Assembly: GCA_965277805.1 (NCBI GenBank)
Contig: OZ255842.1
Coordinates: 3,296,001 to 3,360,000 of the forward strand
DNA length: 64,000 bases
Origin: Candidatus Lustribacter sp.
Lineage (GTDB): Bacteria > Vulcanimicrobiota > Vulcanimicrobiia > Vulcanimicrobiales > Vulcanimicrobiaceae
Direction of reading: 5' to 3'
A program made the position numbers and the translations under genes. Below are positions 18,914-29,028 of the stretch, one piece after another. Positions within the stretch are counted from its first letter, which is position 1. Each line of letters begins with the position of its first letter. The notes under the pieces were generated by a model. It saw only the letters and a list, made by a program, of their open reading frames with translations. It did no database searches and had not been told where the DNA came from.

Positions 18914-19827
18914 CGCGCCGTAGCGTAACGCGAGGAGACGTCGTCGTAGTAGGCGGCGGCGCCGGGATGCAGCGGCGCGCCCGCGTGCGGAGCGTGACGC
19001 GTGCTGTAAAAGATGTCCTCGCTGACCGCGTGGCTCGCGCTCGAAACGTCGAGCGCCTTGGCGAGACGCTGCACGACGTCATCGGCGAGACCCTCACGCA
19101 CGAGGATCGAGTAGCCCGGATTGGCGAGCGTCGTGACCGTCTTCTCTTGGCCGCGGAACGAACGCGGCGGAACCTCGACGATGTCGAGACAGTACTCTTG
19201 CGCAACGGCTTCGGCCACGTCGCGATCGAGCGAGAGAAACGCGAGATCGTAGATCGCCGAGGCCTGGCCCACGGCCTGGAAGCGCGTGTTCTCGCGCATC
19301 AGCGCGTTCGCGCGGCCGTCCATCCACTGCGCCGTCGACTCGCGCATGACGTTATACATCGTGCCGCCCCACGCCGCGATGTCGCGATCGACATCGACAC
19401 CGTAGTGTTTCAGATACGCGCGCGAGATCTGCCCGGCGATGAAGCCCGGAGTTGCGATGCAGAGGCCCAGTTTCGGCTTCAAGCGCGCGAGATCGGCGAA
19501 TTCTCGCACGCCGGTGTCGGCCTTGACGATGTTGTGGAAGTAATGGCCCGAATGGATCATGCCCGCGAGGCCGCGCACGCCGCGCAGGTTCTCGCCGCGA
19601 AACACGCCGCTCGACCGATCGGCCATCGCGGCCGCCGATGTGAGGCTGACCGTCACGTCGGTTTCACCCGAGGCGAGCCAGCGGCAGGTGTCGATTCCGT
19701 CGCGGCCCTTGCGTTCGAGTTCCGTTTCGAAACCGGCGGCGCGGAAGGCCGCATCGGCCCAGCGCATGATCGTCGCCCAGTTTTCGCCCATGCCCTCGAT
19801 CGAACGCAGCCGGATCTTCTCAGTCAC
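18910..19827 (-). CDS. TAXI-type TRAP solute-binding-fold protein, no evident signal peptide
   Basis: C-terminal PLHPGAAAYY and DDVVQRLAKAL typical of TAXI receptors; GTG start with AGGAG RBS. Confidence 0.75.
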   Translation of the reverse strand: MTEKIRLRSIEGMGENWATIMRWADAAFRAAGFETELERKGRDGIDTCRWLASGETDVTVSLTSAAAMADRSSGVFRGENLRGVRGLAGMIHSGHYFHNIVKADTGVREFADLARLKPKLGLCIATPGFIAGQISRAYLKHYGVDVDRDIAAWGGTMYNVMRESTAQWMDGRANALMRENTRFQAVGQASAIYDLAFLSLDRDVAEAVAQEYCLDIVEVPPRSFRGQEKTVTTLANPGYSILVREGLADDVVQRLAKALDVSSASHAVSEDIFYSTRHAPHAGAPLHPGAAAYYDDVSSRYATAR

Positions 19828-19836
19828 TCGGGTCTC

Positions 19837-20766
19837 CTACAATATCATGGCGCGAACGTCGAAGTTCTTCGCGATCCAGCCGTATTTGACGGCCGCATCG
19901 ATCACCGGCTGCAGCGTCGCCGGATCTAATGACGGCGCGGCAAAGACGGGCGTCATCGTGCGCAGCGTGTCCGGCGACAGCTTCGAAAACCCGGAGATCA
20001 TCGGGATGAGGTCGGCGTAGTGCGCGTTGACATACGGATAGATGCTGGTGAGCACCTCGCCGAAACGCTGCGCCGTCGCGCGGTGGTCCTTCGACCACGT
20101 ATCGACGGTGAACCACGCGGCCGGCATCCAGCGCGCGGCGATCGCGTCGAACGGCGTGCCGAGCACCTTCGCGCCCTGCGCCATCATCGACCCTGTGAAC
20201 GGCTCGAAGATGAACGCCGCATCGAGGTGCTTTGACTCGAGGCCCGGCATCATCGAACGCGGCGGCACTTCCACGAATTGCACTTTGTTGCGGTCGACGC
20301 CGTTCTTGTCGAGCCACGCATAGATAGCAAGGCCGAGCAGATCGTGCAGCTGGTTCAAGCCGACGATCTTGCCGGCAAGATCCGCCGGCACGTGCACGTC
20401 CGAGTTCGCCCCCACCAAGAGACGCGCCGTCGGCGTCGTCGAGCGATAGAGCGTGCCGGGCGCGACCAAGCGAATCGGTATGCCGCGGCTGAACGCTTCC
20501 GCCAGCGTGAAGACGTTCGCGTATGAAACGTTGACCGAACCGCCGATCGCCGCCGCGATCCCGGTGCCGCCCGGTCCGACCGTTTCGACGCTGAGATCGA
20601 GACCGGCATTCTTGAATGCGCCCGACTCGATGCCGCGATAGAATGCCGCCATGTCGGGCGAAACGCCCGGCCCGACGACAATTTTGCCCAGCGGCGCATC
20701 GGCCCCGAGCACGGCAAAGGCACCCGCGAACGCGCCGAATGCGCGCAGCGACTGCGCGCGGTTCAT
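19837..20766 (-). CDS. ABC substrate-binding protein, NMT1/SsuA/THI5 type
   Basis: Leader MNRAQSLRAFG; FKNAGLDL, DLAGKIVG and LQPVIDAAVKYG shared with paralogs. Confidence 0.87.
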   Translation of the reverse strand: MNRAQSLRAFGAFAGAFAVLGADAPLGKIVVGPGVSPDMAAFYRGIESGAFKNAGLDLSVETVGPGGTGIAAAIGGSVNVSYANVFTLAEAFSRGIPIRLVAPGTLYRSTTPTARLLVGANSDVHVPADLAGKIVGLNQLHDLLGLAIYAWLDKNGVDRNKVQFVEVPPRSMMPGLESKHLDAAFIFEPFTGSMMAQGAKVLGTPFDAIAARWMPAAWFTVDTWSKDHRATAQRFGEVLTSIYPYVNAHYADLIPMISGFSKLSPDTLRTMTPVFAAPSLDPATLQPVIDAAVKYGWIAKNFDVRAMIL

Positions 20767-20867
20767 CAAAACCGGCAACGCAAATTCTTCCCTTCTCTCG
20801 TCAAACGCAACATTTCTTCCAGATCAGCACGAGGCACCCTCCGCATGCCGTCAAAGCTACGCACCAC

Positions 20868-22223
20868 GTGGATGCCACGGACGACATCGCAGCTTTTGGT
20901 TACAAGCAGGAGCTGAAGCGCTCGCTCGGCCTCGTCGACCTGCTCACGTACGGTCTCGTCTTCATCGTGCCCATCGCGCCGGTCGCGGTATTCGGCATCG
21001 TGTTCAATGCCAGTCACGGCATGGTTCCGCTCGTCTACGTCATCGGGCTCGTTGCGATGCTCTTCATCGCGCTGAGCTACATGACGATGTCGGCCGCGTT
21101 TCCGGTGGCGGGATCGGTGTACTCCTACACGTCGTTGAGCCTCGGCCCCGCCGCCGGCTTCTTCGCGGGCTGGGCGATTCTGCTCGATTACGTGCTGCTT
21201 CCGACGCTTTCGTACGTGGTCGCGGCGATCGCAATTCAATCGGTGTTCCCGAACGTCTCGGGCCCGCTGTGCATCATCGTCATGATCGTCATCGCGACGG
21301 TCATCAACTATCTTGGTATCGAAGCCACCGCGCGCACGAGCTTCGTGCTGCTCGCGTTCCAGATCTTAATCTTGCTGATCTTCTGCGTGATTGCGTTCGC
21401 AGCGGTCGCACACCACGCCGGCGGGGCGCACTTCTCGCTCGCACCCTTCTACAATCCGGCCGAAGTGACGCCGGCGCTGATCTTCGGCGCGCTCTCGCTC
21501 GCCGTGCTCAGCTTTCTGGGCTTCGATGCGATCTCGACGCTGTCCGAAGAATGCCGCGAGGGACCGCGCATGGTCGGCCGCGCCACCATCCTCGCGCTTT
21601 GCGCCTCGGCCGCGCTGTTCATCGCACAAACGTGGCTCGCGTCGCTCTTCGACTTGGGCCGAACGAGTCTGCCGCCGGGCGCCGCAACCGACGGCGCATT
21701 TTACGACGCGAGCGCGCTGGCCGGCGGCCCGGTGCTCAAGTTTCTGCTCGCCGTGCCGGGCATCTTCATCTCGTCGCTCGCCGGCGCGGTCACGGCGCAA
21801 GCCGCCACCGCGCGCATCCTCTTCGGCATGGCGCGCGACGGCGCGTTACCACGGGCACTCGCCTACATCGACCCCCAACGCAAAGTACCGACGCGGACGG
21901 TCTTGCTGGTCGCGGCGGTCACGCTCGTGACCGGCACGACGCTCGCCGGCCGCCTGGAACTGCTCACCTCGATGGTGAGTTTCGGTGCGCTGCTGGCGTT
22001 TCTGCTGCTCCAGGTGTCGGTCGTGGCGCACTTCATCGTGCGCGAGCGCAGCCGCAACTGGCTCCGCTACCTCGTCTCCCCGGCCGTCGGCTTCGCCATC
22101 ATTGCCTACGTGCTGGTCAATGCCGAAAATAATGCCAAGCTGGCCGCGGTGGCCTGGATGGTGGCCGGGCTCGCTATCTTCGCGGCCTTGCGGTTTGCCG
22201 GCCGGACGGTGCTTCCGCCCTGA
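20868..22223 (+). CDS. APC family amino acid/polyamine permease (PuuP/PlaP-like)
   Basis: FGYKQELKRSL, GSVYSY, FLGFDAISTLSEE and ARILFGMARDG motifs; start at GTG 20868 is approximate. Confidence 0.9.
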   Translation: MDATDDIAAFGYKQELKRSLGLVDLLTYGLVFIVPIAPVAVFGIVFNASHGMVPLVYVIGLVAMLFIALSYMTMSAAFPVAGSVYSYTSLSLGPAAGFFAGWAILLDYVLLPTLSYVVAAIAIQSVFPNVSGPLCIIVMIVIATVINYLGIEATARTSFVLLAFQILILLIFCVIAFAAVAHHAGGAHFSLAPFYNPAEVTPALIFGALSLAVLSFLGFDAISTLSEECREGPRMVGRATILALCASAALFIAQTWLASLFDLGRTSLPPGAATDGAFYDASALAGGPVLKFLLAVPGIFISSLAGAVTAQAATARILFGMARDGALPRALAYIDPQRKVPTRTVLLVAAVTLVTGTTLAGRLELLTSMVSFGALLAFLLLQVSVVAHFIVRERSRNWLRYLVSPAVGFAIIAYVLVNAENNAKLAAVAWMVAGLAIFAALRFAGRTVLPP

Positions 22224-22320
22224 TCGAACGCCCGTTCGCTCGCCGCGCGGGACGCCGTGCGGCTCAAACTCGTCCCATTGTACGGTAGGCCCCAGCCATA
22301 TAAACGCGAGTGTAGAGAGC

Positions 22321-25300
22321 ATGAGTATTCGGGTGGCGCTCCACCACATGACACGCTACACCTACGACCGCCGGGTCAACCTCGGCCCGCAGGTGATCCG
22401 CCTGCGGCCCGCACCGCACTGCCGCACGCCGATCACGGCCTACCGCCTCGACGTGCAGCCGGCGAATCATTTTCTCAACTGGCAGCAAGATCCGCAAGCG
22501 AACTGGCTTGCGCGCGTGCTCGTGCCCGATCCGACAACGGAGCTCTCGGTCACCGTCGACTTGGTCGCCGATCTCGCGGTCATCAACCCGTTCGACTTCT
22601 TTCTCGAAGCGTCGGCCGAGCAGTATCCGTTCGCCTACGATCCGCAACTCGCGCTCGAACTCGCGCCGTATCTCGTCGCGGAACCGCTCGGCCAACGTTT
22701 CGAGAACTACCTCGCGGCGATCGATCGCACGCCGAAGCCGACCACCGCGTTCGTTTTTGGCTTGAACGCCGGATTGCAGCACGACGTGCGATACGTCATT
22801 CGCATGGAACCGGGCGTGCAAACGCCCGATGAAACGCTCGAACTCGGCTCGGGTTCGTGCCGCGACTCCGCCTGGCTGCTCGTCAACTTGCTGCGCCGCC
22901 TCGGGCTCGCGGCGCGTTTTGCATCGGGCTATCTCATCCAGCTGAAAGCCGACGTGCAGGCCCTCGACGGTCCCTCGGGTGCGACGCAAGACTTTACCGA
23001 TCTGCACGCGTGGTGCGAAGTGTATTTGCCGGGCGCCGGATGGGTCGGACTCGATCCGACGTCGGGGCTCTTTGCGGGCGAAGGACACATCCCGCTCGCG
23101 TGCGCGGCGAACCCGTTGTCGGCATCCCCGATCTCCGGCACGGTCGATCCGTGCGAGGTGACGTTCGGCTTCGAGATGTCGGTCACGCGCGTGTACGAAC
23201 CGCCGCGCGTCACCAAACCATACAGCGAAGCGCAGTGGCGCGCGATCGATGCGCTCGGCGAACACGTCGACCAGGCGCTCGAAGCCGGCGACGTGCGCCT
23301 TACGATGGGCGGTGAACCCACGTTCGTTTCCGTCGACGACATGGATGCCGAGGAATGGACGACCGGCGCCGTCGGGCCGACCAAGCGCGACTTCGCCGAT
23401 ACGCTCGTGCGTCGATTGCGCGATCGCTTCGCGCCGGGCGCGGCGCTGCACTACGGTCAGGGCAAGTGGTATCCCGGCGAACCGTTGCCGCGCTGGGCGT
23501 TCGCACTCTACTGGCGCGGCGACGGCAAACCGATGTGGCACGATGCCGATCTCATCGCCCGCGAACGCGCGTCGGCCCAGCCGACGGAAGCCGATGCGGC
23601 CGCACTCGCGCGCGGCGTCGCCGAGCGCATCAACGTCGATCCGGCCTTCGTCGCGCCGGTCTACGAAGATGCGCGCACGCTCGTCGTCAAGGAAGCCGAC
23701 CTGCCGGAAAACGTGACCGCCTTCGATTCCAAGCTGGAAGATCCCGAAGAGCGCGCGCGGTTGGCGCGATCGTTCACGCGCGGCTTGAACGTCCCGGCGG
23801 CGTATGTGCTGCCGGTGCAGCGCTGGAATGCGATTCACGCGGGACGCTGGCGCTCCGAGCACTGGACGACACGGCTCGGCCGTCTGCATCTCGTGCCGGG
23901 CGACTCGCCGGCCGGACTGCGGCTGCCGCTCGCATCGCTGCCGCATCTCGAAGAAAACGATCGTCCGACGGTTGTTCCGCGCGATCCGTTCGCTTCGCTC
24001 GCGCCGCTGCCGGATACGACCGCAGCCGACGATCCGTACGCACCGCCGCAGCAATTCGTCTCGGCCGGCGCGGCCGATCCGCGGCGGATGCAGCAATTCG
24101 TCGAGCAGGGCATCGCGATCGACGGCTCCGTGCGCACCGCGATCTCGATCGAACCGCGCGACGGCCGGTTGTGCGTCTTCATGCCGCCGACGGAATCCGC
24201 GGCGGACTATCTCGAACTGTTGGGCGCGGTCGAGCAGAGCGCCGCCGAACTCGGGCAGCCCGTACACATCGAGGGCTATGCGCCGCCGTACGATCCGCGC
24301 ATCAACGTCATCAAGGTGACGCCGGATCCGGGCGTGATCGAAGTCAACATCCATCCCGCGCGCAGTTGGCGCGACGCCGTCGCGATCACGACCACGATCT
24401 ATGAAGAAGCCCATCAAGCACGTCTGACGACCGAGAAGTTCCAGCTCGACGGCAAACATACCGGCACCGGCGGCGGCAATCACATCGTCGTCGGCGCGGC
24501 AACGCCCGTCGACAGCCCGTTTCTGCGCCGCCCCGATTTGCTCAAGAGCATCGTCGGGTTCTGGCAGAATCACCCCTCGCTTTCGTACATGTTTTCAGGG
24601 CTCTTCATCGGGCCCACGAGTCAGGCGCCGCGCGTCGATGAAGCGCGGCTGGACTCGCTCTACGAACTCGAGATCGCGTTCTCCGAGGTGCCGCCGCGTT
24701 CGAGCGCGCGCGTCTCGCCGTGGCTCGTCGATCGCATCTTTCGCAATCTCCTGATCGACGTTACCGGCAGCACGCACCGCACCGAGATCTGTATCGACAA
24801 GCTCTACTCACCCGACGGTCCGGCCGGACGCCTCGGGCTGGTAGAATTCCGCTCGTTCGAAATGCCGCCGCACGCCGAGATGAGCCTCGCGCAGCAACTC
24901 CTGATCCGCGCCTTGATGGCGCGCTTCTGGGACGAACCCTACGACGCCGGTCTCGTGCGCTGGGGCACCGCCCTGCACGATCGCTTCATGCTGCCGCAGT
25001 TCGTGTGGACCGATTTCCTCGACGTGCTGCGCGATCTCAAAGCGCACGGCTTCACCTTCGACCCGGCGTGGTTCCAACCGCATTGGGAGTTTCGCTTCCC
25101 CCGCTATGGAAGCGTCCAATACGACGGCGTGAAGCTGGAATTGCGCGGCGCGCTCGAACCCTGGAACGTAATGGGCGAAGAAGGTACCGCCGGCGGAACC
25201 GTACGCTATGTGGACGGCTCGGTCGAGCGTCTTGAAGTAACGATTTCCGGGTTCACGGCCGGCCGGCACCACGTGATCGTCAACGGCCGGCGCGTGCCGC

Positions 25301-25632
25301 TCACGGCGACCGCGATCGACGCGGCCGTCGGCGGCGTACGCTATCGCGCGTGGCGCGGTCCGCACGCGCTCCACCCCACGATCGCGCCGCACGGACCGCT
25401 CGTCTGCGAGATTTGGGATGAGGCCGTGTCGCGTTCGCTCGGCGGCTGCACGTATCACATCACGCATCCGGGCGGCCGCAATTACACGACCTTTCCCGTC
25501 AACGCCTACGAGGCGGAAGGCCGGCGGCTCGCGCGCTTCGAGCCGTTCGGCTTTACGCCGGGCGTTTTCGTGCCGCCGGCGCTGACGCCGAACCCGGATT
25601 TTCCGCACACGCTCGATCTGCGGCGTCGCTAG
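22321..25632 (+). CDS. Transglutaminase-like domain fused to DUF2126 putative amidoligase
   Basis: Bact_transglu_N start; triad motifs GSCRD / DLHAW / GLDPT; LTMGGEPTF, TPDPGVIEVN, GTGGGNH and EFRSFEMPPH of DUF2126. Confidence 0.92.
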   Translation: MSIRVALHHMTRYTYDRRVNLGPQVIRLRPAPHCRTPITAYRLDVQPANHFLNWQQDPQANWLARVLVPDPTTELSVTVDLVADLAVINPFDFFLEASAEQYPFAYDPQLALELAPYLVAEPLGQRFENYLAAIDRTPKPTTAFVFGLNAGLQHDVRYVIRMEPGVQTPDETLELGSGSCRDSAWLLVNLLRRLGLAARFASGYLIQLKADVQALDGPSGATQDFTDLHAWCEVYLPGAGWVGLDPTSGLFAGEGHIPLACAANPLSASPISGTVDPCEVTFGFEMSVTRVYEPPRVTKPYSEAQWRAIDALGEHVDQALEAGDVRLTMGGEPTFVSVDDMDAEEWTTGAVGPTKRDFADTLVRRLRDRFAPGAALHYGQGKWYPGEPLPRWAFALYWRGDGKPMWHDADLIARERASAQPTEADAAALARGVAERINVDPAFVAPVYEDARTLVVKEADLPENVTAFDSKLEDPEERARLARSFTRGLNVPAAYVLPVQRWNAIHAGRWRSEHWTTRLGRLHLVPGDSPAGLRLPLASLPHLEENDRPTVVPRDPFASLAPLPDTTAADDPYAPPQQFVSAGAADPRRMQQFVEQGIAIDGSVRTAISIEPRDGRLCVFMPPTESAADYLELLGAVEQSAAELGQPVHIEGYAPPYDPRINVIKVTPDPGVIEVNIHPARSWRDAVAITTTIYEEAHQARLTTEKFQLDGKHTGTGGGNHIVVGAATPVDSPFLRRPDLLKSIVGFWQNHPSLSYMFSGLFIGPTSQAPRVDEARLDSLYELEIAFSEVPPRSSARVSPWLVDRIFRNLLIDVTGSTHRTEICIDKLYSPDGPAGRLGLVEFRSFEMPPHAEMSLAQQLLIRALMARFWDEPYDAGLVRWGTALHDRFMLPQFVWTDFLDVLRDLKAHGFTFDPAWFQPHWEFRFPRYGSVQYDGVKLELRGALEPWNVMGEEGTAGGTVRYVDGSVERLEVTISGFTAGRHHVIVNGRRVPLTATAIDAAVGGVRYRAWRGPHALHPTIAPHGPLVCEIWDEAVSRSLGGCTYHITHPGGRNYTTFPVNAYEAEGRRLARFEPFGFTPGVFVPPALTPNPDFPHTLDLRRR

Positions 25633-25639
25633 CGCAAAC

Positions 25640-28153
25640 GTGGCCAATGCAGCTCCGCTCTTCGGTGAAGAGGCCCTCGGACGTTACGACGAGTTGATCG
25701 ACGGCTCGGGCGCCGTGCGTCCGCACTGGCAGCGTTTGGCCGCGGCCTTCGCCGCGATGGGACCGGACGAATACCGGCATCGCATCGAGTCGGCCACGCG
25801 CATGGTGCGCGAAAACGGCGTCACGTACAACGCATACGACGAAGCGTCGGGGCTCGACCGGCTCTGGCAACTCGACATCGCACCGTTCGTCGTCAGCGCC
25901 GGCGATTGGGCGATCATCGAAGCCGCCGCCGGGCAGCGCGCGCGGCTGGCCAACGCGATCCTGCACGATCTCTACGGCGAGCAGCGCCTTCTGCGCGAGG
26001 GGATCGTGCCGCCGCACCTCGTGCTCGGTCATCCGCAGTATCTGCGCGCGCTGCAAGGCGTGGTTCCGCCGAACGGCGTGCACGTTCACCTCTACTCGAT
26101 GGACATCGCGCGGATGCCCAACGGTTCGTGGACCGTCCACGCCAGCCGCGCCGATGCGCCGACCGGGCTCGGCTACGCGCTCGAAAACCGCGTCGTCGTC
26201 AGCCAGACGTTTCCGGAACTCTTCGGCGATCTCGGCGTCCAGCGTTTAGCGACGTTTTTCCGGCATCATCGCGACGCCGTCGTGAACCTCGCCGGCGGCG
26301 TCGCCGGTCACGCCGTTCTTCTCACGCCCGGTCCGTACAACGAAGCCTATTTCGAACACGCGTATCTGGCGCGCTACTTAGGTCTCGAACTCGTCGAAGG
26401 CGACGATCTCTCCGTGCGCGAGGGCATGGTCTATCTGCGCACGCTGGGCGGCCTCGAGCGCGTCTCGGTCATCTTCCGCCGGCTCGACTCCGACTTCGCC
26501 GATCCGCTCGAGCTGCGCGCGGATTCCGCTCTCGGCGTTCCCGGTCTCGTGGAAGCGATTCGCGCCGGCAACGTCGTCATGGCAAACGCGCTTGGCGGCG
26601 GCGTCGTCGAATCTCCGGCACTCGATGCCTATCTGCCGAACGTTGCGCGCGCGCTGTTCGGCGAAGATCTGCTCTGCCGCGACATTCCCACGGTCTGGTG
26701 CGGCACGTCGTGGGGCCGTGCCGAAGGGCTCGCGCGCCTGCGCACAGGGATCGTTCGCAGCGCGTTCGACGCCTGGCCGATCTTTTCGCGCGGCTCGTCG
26801 GCGCGTTCGGGCAGCGATCTCGGCGCCGACGAAATCGTCGCCGTGGCCGACACGATCGAGCGGCGCGGGGCGACGATGGTCGTTCAGGATCTCGTTCCGC
26901 TGGGCGTCGCACCGACGTTCGAACGCGGGAACTTCACCTCGCGGCCGATGACGCTGCGCGTCTTTGCGGCCTGGACGCCCAACGGTTACGTGGTGATGCC
27001 GGGCGGGCTGGCCCGCATCGCGAGCGACGATTCCGTGCGCGCGATCTCGATGCAGTCGGGCTCGGCCAGCAAGGATGTGTGGGCGCTCGCCAGCGGTCCG
27101 GTCGACACGTTTAGCCTGTTGCGGCCGCCGACGGCGCGCGTGGAGATCCGACGCTCCGGAAACGAAGCGCCGAGCCGCGCGATGGACAATCTGTTTTGGC
27201 TCGCGCGATACGCCGAGCGCCTCGAGCATTTGGTTCGCGTTCTGCGCGCGGTGGTGATCCGGTTGGCCGGCGACGGCGGGTCGACCACCACGATGACGGC
27301 CGTCGCGCTCGTGCAGCGTTTGCTGCTCCCGCTCAAGTACGTCACCGAGGAAGCCGTCGAGGAAGCCGTTGCGGGCAACGATGCCGCGCTGCGCGACGAA
27401 GTCGACGACGTCATCTTCGGCAAGGAGCTGATCGGACTGCAGCGGCTGCTCCAGCGCGTCGCGCGGACGGCGTGGGCCGCGCGCGACCGGCTCTCGCTCG
27501 ATACGTGGCGCGCCATCTACGCGCTGACCACGCGCGATACGCCCGACGACACGCCCGATGCGTTCGGCTGGGCCGGCGCGCTCGCATATCTCGACATGCT
27601 GATCCGGCGCACCGCCGCGCTTTCCGGCCTGGCCGATGAAAACATGACGCGCGGCAACAACTGGCTCTTCTTCGATCTCGGACGTCGCATCGAGCGCACG
27701 CTCGCCGCGTGCGACGTGCTGCGCCGCACGCTCACCGTTGCCGACGAGCGTGAGAGCGGCGCGATTCAGGTCGCACTCGAAATCGCGGACAGCGCGATGA
27801 CCTATTCGTACCGCTACCAGAACGCGTTTCAAGCCGCGCCGGCGATCGATCTGCTCTTGCTCGATGCGAGCAACCCGCGCGCCGTCGCATTTCAGATCGA
27901 TGCGATCGCGCGGCACACCGGCGATCTGCCGATGATCACCGAGGCGCAGCAGCACGCGCAGGGTCGCATGATCGCGCTGAGCCTGAAGGCGGAGATCGCC
28001 TCGGCCGACGCGTACGCCCTGGCAACGATCGGCGCCGGACGCGAGCGGACGGCGTTGATCGCGCAGCTGGACGCGACCGAGGGCGCGGTCTCGCGGATTG
28101 CCGAAGTCGTCGGCGACGCCTACCTGCAGCATCTGCGGCGCTACCGCGCGTGA
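25640..28153 (+). CDS. Circularly permuted type 2 ATP-grasp protein fused to alpha-E (DUF403) domain
   Basis: APTGLGYALENR, LTPGPYNEAYFEHAYLARYLG, DPLELRADS.LGVPGL, MPGGLAR and KDVW; alpha-E motifs LFWLARYAER and LGRRIER. Confidence 0.92.
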   Translation: MANAAPLFGEEALGRYDELIDGSGAVRPHWQRLAAAFAAMGPDEYRHRIESATRMVRENGVTYNAYDEASGLDRLWQLDIAPFVVSAGDWAIIEAAAGQRARLANAILHDLYGEQRLLREGIVPPHLVLGHPQYLRALQGVVPPNGVHVHLYSMDIARMPNGSWTVHASRADAPTGLGYALENRVVVSQTFPELFGDLGVQRLATFFRHHRDAVVNLAGGVAGHAVLLTPGPYNEAYFEHAYLARYLGLELVEGDDLSVREGMVYLRTLGGLERVSVIFRRLDSDFADPLELRADSALGVPGLVEAIRAGNVVMANALGGGVVESPALDAYLPNVARALFGEDLLCRDIPTVWCGTSWGRAEGLARLRTGIVRSAFDAWPIFSRGSSARSGSDLGADEIVAVADTIERRGATMVVQDLVPLGVAPTFERGNFTSRPMTLRVFAAWTPNGYVVMPGGLARIASDDSVRAISMQSGSASKDVWALASGPVDTFSLLRPPTARVEIRRSGNEAPSRAMDNLFWLARYAERLEHLVRVLRAVVIRLAGDGGSTTTMTAVALVQRLLLPLKYVTEEAVEEAVAGNDAALRDEVDDVIFGKELIGLQRLLQRVARTAWAARDRLSLDTWRAIYALTTRDTPDDTPDAFGWAGALAYLDMLIRRTAALSGLADENMTRGNNWLFFDLGRRIERTLAACDVLRRTLTVADERESGAIQVALEIADSAMTYSYRYQNAFQAAPAIDLLLLDASNPRAVAFQIDAIARHTGDLPMITEAQQHAQGRMIALSLKAEIASADAYALATIGAGRERTALIAQLDATEGAVSRIAEVVGDAYLQHLRRYRA

Positions 28154-29028
28154 GCACATACATCGTCCGCCACCGGACCACGTACACCTACGAATCCGAC
28201 GTCGCCTACTCGCGCATCGTCGCCCATCTCGTCCCGCGCGAGACGCCGCGCCAGCAGCGGCTCTTTACCGAGGTGACCGTCGAGCCGAAACCGCTCAAGC
28301 GCTTCGAGCGCACGGATTTTTTCGGCAACACCACCAGCTGGTGCATCATCGACGAGCCGCACGACGAACTCGACGTCACCGCCGAGAGCCGCGTGTCGGT
28401 CGAACCGATACCGAACTACACGTTGGTGCCGGGGACCGCCTGGGAGGACGTCCGCTCGTCGTTCGAGCCGCCGCAACCGCCGGACATGTTCGACGTCGTG
28501 CAGTTCACGTTCGATACGCCCCTGACGGAAAGCGATCGCGGTGTCGTCTCGTATGCGCGCCGGAGCTTTACGCCCGGGCGCAAGCTCTTCGCCGCGGTCC
28601 TCGACCTCAACTCGCGCATTCATGCCGACTTCGCGTTCGACAAGAAAGCGACCGACACGCACACGACGGTCAAAGAAGCCTTTGCGTTACGGGCGGGTGT
28701 CTGCCAAGATCTCGCCCACGTCGGCATTTCGTGCGTGCGCTCGATGGGCCTCGCCGCGCGCTACGTCAGCGGCTATTTGCGCACGCATCCGCCGCCGGGG
28801 CGCGAACGTCTCATCGGCGCGGATGCCAGCCACGCGTGGTTTTCGGTCTGGATCCCGCCCTTCGGCTGGGTCGACTTCGACCCCACCAACGACATGCTGC
28901 CCAGCAGCGAACACATCACCGTTGCCTGGGGCCGCGAATACGGCGACGTGACGCCGATCCACGGCATCATCACCGGCGGAAGCGAGCACGAAGTCGACGT
29001 CGCCGTCGACGTGATCCCCGAACTCTAG
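28150..29028 (+). CDS. Transglutaminase-like protein
   Basis: H.T.Y.Y N-domain; triad GVCQD / SHAW / FDPTN; AWGREYGDV.P; GTGA overlap with the upstream gene. Confidence 0.93.
   Translation: MSTYIVRHRTTYTYESDVAYSRIVAHLVPRETPRQQRLFTEVTVEPKPLKRFERTDFFGNTTSWCIIDEPHDELDVTAESRVSVEPIPNYTLVPGTAWEDVRSSFEPPQPPDMFDVVQFTFDTPLTESDRGVVSYARRSFTPGRKLFAAVLDLNSRIHADFAFDKKATDTHTTVKEAFALRAGVCQDLAHVGISCVRSMGLAARYVSGYLRTHPPPGRERLIGADASHAWFSVWIPPFGWVDFDPTNDMLPSSEHITVAWGREYGDVTPIHGIITGGSEHEVDVAVDVIPEL

Noticed and set aside
22264-24573. Long antisense ORFs (769 aa here; also 26378-28159, 30962-32581, 58884-60170 and many others)
   Set aside because: Arg/Ala-rich shadows opposite well-supported genes, expected in high-GC DNA.
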